From Promethearchaeia archaeon (lineage in GTDB: Archaea > Asgardarchaeota > Lokiarchaeia > Sigyniarchaeales > SOKP01), in assembly GCA_029856145.1 (NCBI GenBank), contig JAHQWK010000016.1, forward strand, positions 32,001 to 96,000: 64,000 nucleotides of DNA, read 5' to 3'. Position 1 is the first letter of the stretch, and each line of letters starts with the position of its first letter. This document shows positions 29,113 to 38,301 of this stretch, in pieces. The notes under the pieces are model-generated. The model made no database searches and had not been told where the DNA came from. It worked only from the letters and a program-made list of their open reading frames with translations. Both the position numbers and the translations under genes were made by a program.

Positions 29113-29818
29113 GGATGAAATAGAACTAATATGTGGGATAGACGAGGCTGGTAGAATTTAATTCGCTTCGAATTATATGTTAAAAGGCTCTGTCTTAGGC
29201 CCTATGGTTTTATGTGGAATTTGTTTCAATAAATCAAAAATAAACTTATTATCTGAAATAGGTGTTAAAGACTCAAAAAAATTATCTCCTATAAGGAGGA
29301 ATAAATTAGCTAATCTCTTGAAAAATTACTGCCACTCATATAAAATCGTTATAATTAGTCCTCAGGAGATTGATGAGAGAGAAAGTAAAAAAATTACATT
29401 GAATCGACTTGAAGAATTAAAAATGGCAGAGATTATCAACACACTGAAACCAGATGTCATTTTTATAGATGCTGTGGATGTAAATGAAGAAAGATTTGGA
29501 CATTCTATAAAAAAATTATTGAATTATATTCCTAAAAAAATAATTTCTGAACATAAGGCTGATGACATATATCCAATAGTTTCAGCAGGTTCTATTATGG
29601 CTAAAGTTAAAAGAGATTCTCTAATTGAAGAACTTCATAAAAAATATGGAAATTTTGGTTCAGGATACCCTTCTGATATTAGAACAATTGAATTTCTTAG
29701 AAATTATGTAAAAAATAATAAGAAACCACCTAAAATCGCAAGGAAATCATGGAATACAACTAAAAGAATAATAAATGAAGAGTTATCTACAAAAAAAATA
29801 ACTGATTTTCTTAATTAA
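29072..29818 (+). CDS. rnhB: Ribonuclease HII; two exons (about 29072-29154 and 29185-29818)
   Basis: ICGIDEAG-R|GSVLGPMV, KDSKKLS, EHKAD..YPIVSAGSIMAKV.RD, GSGYPSD, C-terminal PIP-like KITDFL. Start is ATG 29072 or TTG 29090. Confidence 0.92.
29155..29184 (+). other. Putative 30-nt BHB intron in rnhB mRNA
   Basis: Insert with an in-frame TAA; hairpin UAAUUCG-CUU-CGAAUUA; central helix UGGU/GUUA, bulges AGA and AAA. Confidence 0.82.
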
Positions 29819-30509
29819 TAACTTTTTTAACTATTAATACAATATGATTAGCAGCATATTTATAGATCTTTATACTTTCTAAGATCTTATATCCCGCTTT
29901 TTCTATTATCTCTTTCTCTTTTGCATAAGTAAGTTCAGATTTTTGAATACTGTCAATTGACTGAGACTTAATCAAAAGAATTAAAATTCCCTCATCCTTT
30001 AAATAATAATTGCAATTTTCTAACGCAATCTCAGCTTGCCGTGGCTGTGCAACATCTTGATAAATTAAATCTACATAAGTAAAAACGTATTTAGCATATT
30101 TATCTGGAAAGCGCGCATCTCCCAATATTGGAATAATATTTGTCCTATTTGAGATATTTTGGATTAATTGTCTCATACTTCTTTCAGCAAACTCTACACC
30201 ATAAATAATTCCAGAATTTATAATATCAGAAAGGTGAGAAATGGTGGTGCCTGAAGATGCTCCTAAATACAAGCATTTTAAATTTTCTGATAAAAAGCTT
30301 GTGATAGGGTTTGCTAGAATTAATGCTGCTAATTTACTTCTAAATGGATCCCATTCTCGATATTCTATACCCTTGTAAGTAATTAATTTCTCTCCAGATA
30401 TTCTTTTTCCTACATCTAAATTTTTTGTATAGAGTTTTAATCTTTCTTGAGGTCCTGAAATAAACACATTGTGAAATTTAGGATGTTTTCTAATCTCCAT
30501 TTTATACAT
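29811..30509 (-). CDS. flpA: Fibrillarin rRNA/tRNA 2'-O-methyltransferase
   Basis: 'EYREWDPFRSKLAA', 'LYLGASSGTT.SH', 'DVAQP.Q'. Confidence 0.97.
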   Translation of the reverse strand: MYKMEIRKHPKFHNVFISGPQERLKLYTKNLDVGKRISGEKLITYKGIEYREWDPFRSKLAALILANPITSFLSENLKCLYLGASSGTTISHLSDIINSGIIYGVEFAERSMRQLIQNISNRTNIIPILGDARFPDKYAKYVFTYVDLIYQDVAQPRQAEIALENCNYYLKDEGILILLIKSQSIDSIQKSELTYAKEKEIIEKAGYKILESIKIYKYAANHIVLIVKKVIN

Positions 30510-30529
30510 TTTTTAACAGTTTTATCATA

Positions 30530-31735
30530 TTATCTTTTTTTCTTTGATTTCTTTTTTATACTCTTTACTGGTGGCGCTTTTTTAGGAGGATTTGGATATT
30601 TAATTTCAATTTCTTTGATTTTTTCTTCAATTCCTTGCGATAATTTATCACCTAAGAATTCACCTCCGAAATGATCTAATTTAGCAGCAACACCAATTTT
30701 CCCTGCAACAACTCTAGCAATCTTACCTCTAGTCCATGGTTTCGCCGATCTGATTTGGTTCCATTGAAATATTAAACCATGTTTCGGTCTTTTTTCACCT
30801 GTTTTAAGAAATCGATATAAAGCCTTTTCCGCGCCTAATAATTGAATTCTCGATGCTGGCATATAAGCTAATTTTTGTAAACTACCTGCCTTCGCTATTA
30901 ATTTTGCTCCAATCAAGGAACCAATTAAAGAGTTAATATTAGGAGCGAATTTTTCTAATATTTCTTCTAAATACTTCTCTAATTGTAAGCGATAATTATC
31001 TAATGAAATAATTTGATCTGCATAATTTTGTATCATAGAGAGATCAAAATTTGCACCCATTGATTCTAAAGCGTATTGCTCCAAAGCTTTAATTTTCCTT
31101 TCTTTTAAATCTACCTTATTTTTAATATTTTCATATGTAAAATTTTCTCTAGATCCTAAATTTGTAATCAAATTTGCCAAAGTAATATTATCTTCAATAA
31201 TTTTATCAGTTAATTCAGGAAAATGTAATCCATACCATTCCCTAAGATGACTTGAAAAGAGACTTATTGATTTTTTAATCACATCTAAAACCGTAATAAT
31301 ATGAGTAATTATATTATCTAAATGCCCGCTTGCCTCACTAACTTTTCTTCTTGTTAATTTATCGCTTATATCTTTATATTGTGTAAGGATCTCTTCACTT
31401 GTTTTATTTATTCCAACTTTCTTTAAGTGGTCTTCTAGACTTAAACGAAAAGCTTTGAGTTCTAACGATTTACTTTCGAAAAAAGTTTTATATCCTAATT
31501 TTTCTGAGGTAAGTGATTCTAATTTTATATTATCAAATATAAATTCATTAAAACCAGAATTTTTCAAATCTAATAAAAAGTCCTCAAATACTTTTTGAAT
31601 AATATCACTATCTAATGCATTATAAAATTCAATAATTTTCTCATAATCATCATCAAAATCAATGAAATTTAAGATGTTCCCAGACTCATCAAATGCAAAA
31701 ATTCCAATTAAAGTATCTGCTATGTACGACTTCAT
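30530..31735 (-). CDS. nop5: C/D box RNP protein Nop5 (Nop56/58)
   Basis: 'REWYGLHFPEL', 'PASRIQLLGAEKAL..PKHG'. Confidence 0.97.
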   Translation of the reverse strand: MKSYIADTLIGIFAFDESGNILNFIDFDDDYEKIIEFYNALDSDIIQKVFEDFLLDLKNSGFNEFIFDNIKLESLTSEKLGYKTFFESKSLELKAFRLSLEDHLKKVGINKTSEEILTQYKDISDKLTRRKVSEASGHLDNIITHIITVLDVIKKSISLFSSHLREWYGLHFPELTDKIIEDNITLANLITNLGSRENFTYENIKNKVDLKERKIKALEQYALESMGANFDLSMIQNYADQIISLDNYRLQLEKYLEEILEKFAPNINSLIGSLIGAKLIAKAGSLQKLAYMPASRIQLLGAEKALYRFLKTGEKRPKHGLIFQWNQIRSAKPWTRGKIARVVAGKIGVAAKLDHFGGEFLGDKLSQGIEEKIKEIEIKYPNPPKKAPPVKSIKKKSKKKR

Positions 31736-31813
31736 TTTGGTTGGTCAATTTATACTTATTTTTCCTTCATTAATAATTATTATAAAACTATAATCATTAT
31801 TGTCTTTTAAAAA

Positions 31814-32740
31814 ATGCTAGAAGTAAATCTTTCTGGTTTAAAATTAAAATCTCCTATTATTTTAGCTTCAGGTATTTTAGGAGTTTCTTTTTCTTCAATG
31901 AAAAGAGTTATTGATGCGGGAGCTGGTGCCGTTACTACGAAATCTATCGGACCAAAACCAAGGAAGGGATACAAAAATCCATCGATAATTGAGATATCTC
32001 CTGGAACTTTTATGAATAGTATTGGTCTTGGTAATCCTGGAATAAGTGAATTTATCTCAGAAATAAAAGAAATAAAAAAACATAACATTCCATTAATCGT
32101 GAGTGTTTTTGGAGATACTAATGAGGTTTATCTAGATATAGCAATAAAAGCAGAAAATACAGGAGCCGATGCGATTGAGATTAATATCTCTTGCCCCCAT
32201 GCGGAAGTATCCTCTATAGGAACTGATAAAGATCTAACGTATGAAATTGTAAAATTTCTAAAAGCAAAACTTTCAATCCCTCTTTTTGTAAAGTTAAATC
32301 CTAATGTAACAGATATCGGTGAAATTGCTTTAGCTGCCCAGAAAGGTGGTGCTAACGGAGTTGTTGCAATAAATACTTTTTCAGCATTGAAAATCGATGT
32401 GAATACCAAAAGACCAATCTTATCACATGGAAGTGGTGGGCTTTCCGGGAAAGCAATTCATCCTATAGCTGTAAAAAAAGTATTTGATTTATATAAAGTT
32501 TTAAAAATTCCAATAATTGGATGTGGAGGTATAGATTCTTGGCAAGATGTAATAGAATTCTTTTTAGCTGGAGCTTCAGCAGTACAAATCGGGACAGCTC
32601 TATATAAAGGAACCGAAATTATCAAAGAAATTAATGATGAAATAACTCAATATCTAAAAAATAATGAATACACATCTATTAATGACATAAAAGGATTAGC
32701 CCATCAATTTAAGACTCAAGAGGTGCCTGATTTTAACTGA
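31814..32740 (+). CDS. pyrD: Dihydroorotate dehydrogenase 1B catalytic subunit
   Basis: 'ASG', 'TTKS', 'NISCPH', 'VKLNPN', 'GGLSG', 'GASAVQIGT'. Confidence 0.95.
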   Translation: MLEVNLSGLKLKSPIILASGILGVSFSSMKRVIDAGAGAVTTKSIGPKPRKGYKNPSIIEISPGTFMNSIGLGNPGISEFISEIKEIKKHNIPLIVSVFGDTNEVYLDIAIKAENTGADAIEINISCPHAEVSSIGTDKDLTYEIVKFLKAKLSIPLFVKLNPNVTDIGEIALAAQKGGANGVVAINTFSALKIDVNTKRPILSHGSGGLSGKAIHPIAVKKVFDLYKVLKIPIIGCGGIDSWQDVIEFFLAGASAVQIGTALYKGTEIIKEINDEITQYLKNNEYTSINDIKGLAHQFKTQEVPDFN

Positions 32741-33587
32741 AAATATAATACACACAGTAAAGGTTCAAAATATTATTGAGGAATGTAAAGATGTTAAAAC
32801 CTTAGTTTTTAACATGAAAAATAGCAAAAATGAAAACTACATCACACCGAAACCGGGGCAATTTGTTATGATATGGGTACCTGGTATAGATGAAATTCCA
32901 ATGTCCATATCTGGGTGTGATAATAATGGTAATTGGGCAATTACAGTAAAAAATGTTGGAGAATGCACAAATGCTATGTGTAAATTAAACATTGGAGATT
33001 ATATTGGGGTAAGAGGTCCTTTAGGTAATCACTTTAAACTTCCAACTAATAACTCAAAAAAAATTTTCATAATTGGTGGCGGTATTGGAATGGCTCCACT
33101 AAAATTCCTATCAACAAAACTCACAGAGATGAAAATAAAACATACACTCGTAGAAGGAGCTAAAGATAAAAACGATCTAATGTTTATGGAGTATTTTCAA
33201 ATATCTACATCAGATTATTCTGAAGTTGATTATTGTACAGATAATGGAAGTCATGGTACCAAGGGTGTTGCATCTTATGTTTTCAAAGAAATTGTAGAGA
33301 AATTAACTGAAAAAAATCTTCCAAATCTAATTGTTTATTCCTGTGGTCCAGAAATCATGTTGTATAAATTATTTCAAATATGTCAAGAGTACAACATTGA
33401 ATATTATGCTAGTCTTGAAAGAATCATGAGGTGTGGATGCGGATTATGTGGGCTATGCACATTAGATCCATTGGGATTACTCGTATGTAAAGATGGACCG
33501 ATTTTTAATTCAAAAACTCTAAAGAAAATCCAAGATTTTGGAAAATACCAAAGAGATTTCACTGGAAAAAAAATCGGTATTGAGTGA
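32727..33587 (+). CDS. pyrK: Dihydroorotate dehydrogenase electron-transfer subunit (start probably upstream of ATG 32814)
   Basis: PGQFVM, RGPLG, GGGIG, CGPE, CGCGLCGLC, CKDGP; the upstream frame encodes the first beta strands. Confidence 0.92.
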   Translation: MILTENIIHTVKVQNIIEECKDVKTLVFNMKNSKNENYITPKPGQFVMIWVPGIDEIPMSISGCDNNGNWAITVKNVGECTNAMCKLNIGDYIGVRGPLGNHFKLPTNNSKKIFIIGGGIGMAPLKFLSTKLTEMKIKHTLVEGAKDKNDLMFMEYFQISTSDYSEVDYCTDNGSHGTKGVASYVFKEIVEKLTEKNLPNLIVYSCGPEIMLYKLFQICQEYNIEYYASLERIMRCGCGLCGLCTLDPLGLLVCKDGPIFNSKTLKKIQDFGKYQRDFTGKKIGIE

Positions 33588-33704
33588 ATTTGCATATGAG
33601 TTAAAGGGCTTAAATCAAAAAATATTAACTTAATGTCTATATATATTACTTGAGAAAAATAAGATCTTCACAGTAAAACAAATTATTTTCTAGCTTAAAA
33701 TATA

Positions 33705-35333
33705 ATGGGTTCTTTAGAATCTGATAATCCTGAAAAAATTAAAAGAATTTCAAGAGAAATAATAGCTTATTTAATAAATAATCCCGAAACACCCCGTGAA
33801 AAAATAACAAATATTAAAGGAAAAATAAGTAAAAAATATAAATATAATAAAGTAATAAAAAATGCTACTATCTTAGATTATGCATCATCAAAAGAAAAAA
33901 ATAAAATAACTCAGATTCTGAAAAGAAGAAAAACCAGAACTTTATCTGGAGTATCTGTCATAGCTATTATGACTGAACCTCTTCCATGTCCTGGAACATG
34001 TATATATTGTCCTGGACAAGATTCTCAACCAGGGGAAAAAGTTGCTCAATCTTATACTGGTCGAGAACCCGCTGCCATGAGATCTATTCATAATAATTAC
34101 AATCCTTACTTACAAGTCCAAAGCAGAATTAATGATTTAGAAGCAATAGGGCATACAATTGATAAAATTGAACTAATTATAATGGGGGGTACATTCTTAT
34201 CAACTGATCCAGAGTATCAAACAGAATTCATTAAAGGAGCTTTAGAGGGAATAATAGAACAGGAAACAAGCAGTTTAGAAGAAGCCAAGAAACTCGCTGA
34301 GTGCTCCAAAAGACGTGTTATAGGGATAACTATAGAAACAAGACCGGATTACTGTAAAGAAAAAGATGTAGATCGAATGTTAAATTATGGAACGACTCGC
34401 GTTGAAATTGGAATACAAACGGTCTATGATGATATATTTAAACTCGTAAAGAGAGGGCATACTACTTTAGATAGCATAGAGGCCATAAGAATTGCTAAGG
34501 ACGCTGGTTTAAAAATAAATGCCCATATTATGCCCAATCTCCCAGGTTCTGATTATTCAAAAGACATAGAACTTTTTGATGAGTTGTTTTCCAACTCAGA
34601 TTACCGCCCTGATATGCTAAAAATATATCCTACACTTGTAATCAACGGTACTGAATTATATAATTGGTGGAAGAAAGGGAAGTATTCCCCTTATTCAGAT
34701 GAGGAATTAATTGATTTAATCGCAACAGTTAAAAAGATGCTTCCGCCCTATGTACGAATTCAAAGAATAATGAGAGATATCCCTGCCAACCTAATCGAAG
34801 CGGGATGTAGAAATAGCAATTTAAGACAATTGGTTCAAGAAAAATTAAAAGAAATAAATGAAACTTGTAAATGCATTAGATGTAGAGAGTATGGGATCAG
34901 GAAAAGAAAAGAAATTATCGATGAAAACTCTTTCGATGATATTAAGTTGTATAGACTAAATTATGAAGCATCCTATGGTAATGAGGTTTTTCTATCTTTT
35001 GAGAATAAAGTAGAAGATTATTTAGCGGGATATCTTCGTTTAAGACAACCATCTGAATATGCTCATAGACCAGAATTAAATAATGGGAAAACAACGATAG
35101 TAAGAGAAATTAAAGTAGTTGGTGAACTTGTTCCAACAGATTCGAAACCTAACTATTACACTCAAATTCAACATCGAGGATTTGGAAAATTGTTGATGGA
35201 AAATGCTGAAAAGATATCGTCTGAAGATTTTAATGCAGAAAAATTAGCTGTTATCAGTGGTTTCGGAGCTAGAGATTTTTTCAGAAATTTGGGATATAAA
35301 CTAGATGGTGTTTATGTTTCTAAGTTTCTATAA
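33705..35333 (+). CDS. elp3: Elp3 tRNA uridine(34) acetyltransferase (radical SAM + GNAT)
   Basis: 'RTLSGV..CPGTCIYCPG..QSYTG.EP', 'ETRPD', 'QHRGFG..L', 'AVISG'. Confidence 0.97.
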   Translation: MGSLESDNPEKIKRISREIIAYLINNPETPREKITNIKGKISKKYKYNKVIKNATILDYASSKEKNKITQILKRRKTRTLSGVSVIAIMTEPLPCPGTCIYCPGQDSQPGEKVAQSYTGREPAAMRSIHNNYNPYLQVQSRINDLEAIGHTIDKIELIIMGGTFLSTDPEYQTEFIKGALEGIIEQETSSLEEAKKLAECSKRRVIGITIETRPDYCKEKDVDRMLNYGTTRVEIGIQTVYDDIFKLVKRGHTTLDSIEAIRIAKDAGLKINAHIMPNLPGSDYSKDIELFDELFSNSDYRPDMLKIYPTLVINGTELYNWWKKGKYSPYSDEELIDLIATVKKMLPPYVRIQRIMRDIPANLIEAGCRNSNLRQLVQEKLKEINETCKCIRCREYGIRKRKEIIDENSFDDIKLYRLNYEASYGNEVFLSFENKVEDYLAGYLRLRQPSEYAHRPELNNGKTTIVREIKVVGELVPTDSKPNYYTQIQHRGFGKLLMENAEKISSEDFNAEKLAVISGFGARDFFRNLGYKLDGVYVSKFL

Positions 35334-35498
35334 CAAACTTTTTATTAATTATACAATCTTCTTGGCAGAATCGTATTTTCTTAAAATAAAAACAGTTAAT
35401 TCTCATAACTTATATTTGAAAAACTTTTTTTTTTAATAATTTTAAATAGATGAAATATTACTATATTTATGTCAAAAATGTGTGAGTAATGAATTAAA

Positions 35499-36587
35499 AT
35501 GGTTTCTGAAAAGCCTTTATCAAAAAAAAAAATAGCTCAACAAACAATTTCTCTTTCACCAGCACTTAAAGATAGAATCGAGAAATATGTAAAAGAAAAT
35601 AATGAAAAAAATCCTGAGGATGAAAGGTTTAGGAGTGTTTCCTCTTTTTATAATTATGTGATGACGCTTTCAATGGATAGTCTTGAAAAAGGAAAGAACC
35701 TTGATGACTTAAAATCTTTTGTAGATGCTGAAATTAAAGGCTTCTTCGATAAAATTACTTTTAACGCTTTAATTCCTTATTATGAAACTGCTATAAGAAC
35801 CAATCGTTATACACATCTTTTTTTTGAAAAAAATACCTTTTTTTACTTAACTCTAAGAAGACTTTATTTGGCTCGAATGGACCCTTACGATAATATTAGC
35901 ATTAAGACCATATTCAATAGAGTCAGAAACTTTTTATTTTCAAATAATCTTACTAGGGAAGTTAATTTGGACCTTTTTACTGGAAAGACTGGAAAAGATT
36001 TATCTGGAGTATTTGAATATGCTGGAATATACAAAAATTTAACTTTTGAAAATTGTAAATATAATGCTGCACTTTTCGGATTGTTAGGTGTGAAAATAAC
36101 TAACTTTTTGTATTCAGATAAAGATGATTACTTCAGGTTCGATTTAAAAACTACAGACTTATTTTATAGAAAAGATTTAGCAAAGAAAGAGAGAATAAAA
36201 CTAATCAACCATAATCTCTCTTATTTTATCAATTATCTTAGGATTATTGATGATAAAGCCTATTATTTTTGGATGAAATTAGCTGATGATAAACGGGTTA
36301 TTATCACATTCAATAATGAAGAAACTAAAAATGATTGGATAAATTTAATACAAAGCGAAATCGAAAAATTTGGAGATAAAGAGGATTATCCTCTTAATAT
36401 GTTAAAATTCTTTGAAAAATTACATTGGATTGAAATTGAAAGTGAAAAGGATCTAATCTTTCACTTTAGATTATCTAAAACCAAATACCAAAATGAAAGA
36501 GAATTTTTAATAGAGACTCTTTCAAAAAAATCTAAAATCTCACAAACAAATGGGAAATACCAAGTTAAAAAGCTTAATGATTATTGA
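35499..36587 (+). CDS. Hypothetical protein with RHH-like N-terminus, paralog 1
   Basis: 'QQTISLSPALKD..FRSVSSF'; full-length similarity to 36962-38038. Confidence 0.75.
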   Translation: MVSEKPLSKKKIAQQTISLSPALKDRIEKYVKENNEKNPEDERFRSVSSFYNYVMTLSMDSLEKGKNLDDLKSFVDAEIKGFFDKITFNALIPYYETAIRTNRYTHLFFEKNTFFYLTLRRLYLARMDPYDNISIKTIFNRVRNFLFSNNLTREVNLDLFTGKTGKDLSGVFEYAGIYKNLTFENCKYNAALFGLLGVKITNFLYSDKDDYFRFDLKTTDLFYRKDLAKKERIKLINHNLSYFINYLRIIDDKAYYFWMKLADDKRVIITFNNEETKNDWINLIQSEIEKFGDKEDYPLNMLKFFEKLHWIEIESEKDLIFHFRLSKTKYQNEREFLIETLSKKSKISQTNGKYQVKKLNDY

Positions 36588-36603
36588 ATTTTAATATCGA
36601 ATT

Positions 36604-36715
36604 AAAAAAAAAAAAGAAAAGACCTCGTCCTCTTTACTCCCCAAATTTCCCCTTTTCTTGTCTTTATGGCGGGACCCCTGCAAATCCCCTTGATCTTTAT
36701 CGCTAATAATTGCCC
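36604..36715 (-). ncRNA. Possible small G-rich non-coding RNA
   Basis: TTTTTAAAT box at 36744-36736, purine-rich body with four GGGG runs, long oligo-T end. Confidence 0.3.
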
Positions 36716-36961
36716 AAATATAATTTTTCAAGAGCATTTAAAAACGTTACTAATAGGTGTTTGTTTCAATGATCATAATATTAGATAACTCCAATAAGAA
36801 AACATGAAAAGTAAAAGAATAAAAGCTTATAATTAGAAAGAAATGTATCTTAAAAAAAATTAATATACTTACAAATTTTCATTTAAAATATATAAAAACT
36901 TATTTAATATGACTTTTCATCTAATATAAATTTAAAAATTAGAGAATATATAAAACATATT

Positions 36962-38038
36962 ATGACCTCAAAAAAATATCTTTCAAACAAGAAAACTGCC
37001 CAACAAACAATTTCCATTTCTCCAGCTCTTAAAGATTGGATAAAAAGGTATGTAAATGTAAATCACAGAGAGAATCCTAATGATGAGAGATTTAAGAGTA
37101 TAAGTTCGTTCATTACTTATATTTTGGATAATATTATGAAACTTTTTAAAGAAGGCAAAACCATTGATGATTTTAAGAGAGTAGAAGATCAAGTTTATAA
37201 AGATTTTTTTGATAAATTTACGTTTAAAGCCACAATTCCCCTTTATGATATGGTAGCAGAGAGCAATAGATATGTTCCAATTTCTTTTGATTTCATTACA
37301 CGATTTATTATAGCTGTTTATCATTTTTATCGTAGTATTTATTTAAAGGAAAGAGGCCATGAAGGGTGGAAACTATTATTCGAACGCTTTAAAAATCGAG
37401 TATATCCTTCCAATATCGTAAAAGAATTGAGACTTGATATTTTTACTGATAAAAATAAAAAGTATGGAACAGCTACTTTGGAATTTGTTGGTAAGCAGAG
37501 AAATTTACATTTCGAAAATTGTAAATTTTTTGCTGCTATATGTGGCATTCTAGGGGTAAAGGTCACTGATTTTATTTATTCTCCTAAAGATTTTTACTGT
37601 AGACTTGATTTATTAGAAACTCCTCTCGTGTTCAGAGAAGAATTAGCTAAGAAAGAAAGAATAAAACTCTTAAAAGAAAACGTAGATTATATTATAAACT
37701 ATAATAGAATGCTCGATGATAAAGATAAGTATTTATGGATGAATTTAGCAGAAGATAATAATTTATTTATAAGTTTTAAGAATAAAATAGTTTTTAATAA
37801 ATGGATTAAAACCATCGAGGAAGATTTGCGAAAATTTGGTACACAAGAAGATTTTCTTAGTAAAATATTACAATTCTTTAATAAACTCCATTGGATTAGA
37901 ATTGAAAATATAAAAGATCTCTCCTTTCGAATTGAACAATCTCTCGAAAACAATGATGTACAAAAACATTTTTTAATAGAATATCTTTCACAGCATTCAG
38001 AAGTTTCTCAAAATAATGAGATATATCATTTAAAATAG
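36962..38038 (+). CDS. Hypothetical protein with RHH-like N-terminus, paralog 2
   Basis: Shares 'FENCK', 'LAKKERIKL', 'W..LA.D', 'KLHWI.IE' with paralog 1. Confidence 0.75.
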   Translation: MTSKKYLSNKKTAQQTISISPALKDWIKRYVNVNHRENPNDERFKSISSFITYILDNIMKLFKEGKTIDDFKRVEDQVYKDFFDKFTFKATIPLYDMVAESNRYVPISFDFITRFIIAVYHFYRSIYLKERGHEGWKLLFERFKNRVYPSNIVKELRLDIFTDKNKKYGTATLEFVGKQRNLHFENCKFFAAICGILGVKVTDFIYSPKDFYCRLDLLETPLVFREELAKKERIKLLKENVDYIINYNRMLDDKDKYLWMNLAEDNNLFISFKNKIVFNKWIKTIEEDLRKFGTQEDFLSKILQFFNKLHWIRIENIKDLSFRIEQSLENNDVQKHFLIEYLSQHSEVSQNNEIYHLK

Positions 38039-38301
38039 TTTAATTTTATCCACCAATTAATTTTAATGGTTCGAGTTTCAGGATATAGTGCTAGATTTGT
38101 AGATCTCCCAAAAGCAGTTTAAGATGATATAATTTGAAGACATTGTTATTCAAAAGTATAAAACGAATTATAAATTACTAATTGCTGTTAACTATTTAAA
38201 ATAACCTAGATTAAATATCTCAAAGCTTTTTTGAAAATAACTATAAGATTTATTACTTAACTTATTATTGTATTTGACTAAAATTTAAAAAGAAGTCTCG
38301 A

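Noticed and set aside
29177-29818. ORF-track RNase HII starting at ATG 29177
   Set aside because: That ATG lies inside the insert and the product would lack the catalytic DEAGR.
38068-38120. GGTTCGAG T-loop-like sequence
   Set aside because: No cloverleaf or acceptor stem can be built.
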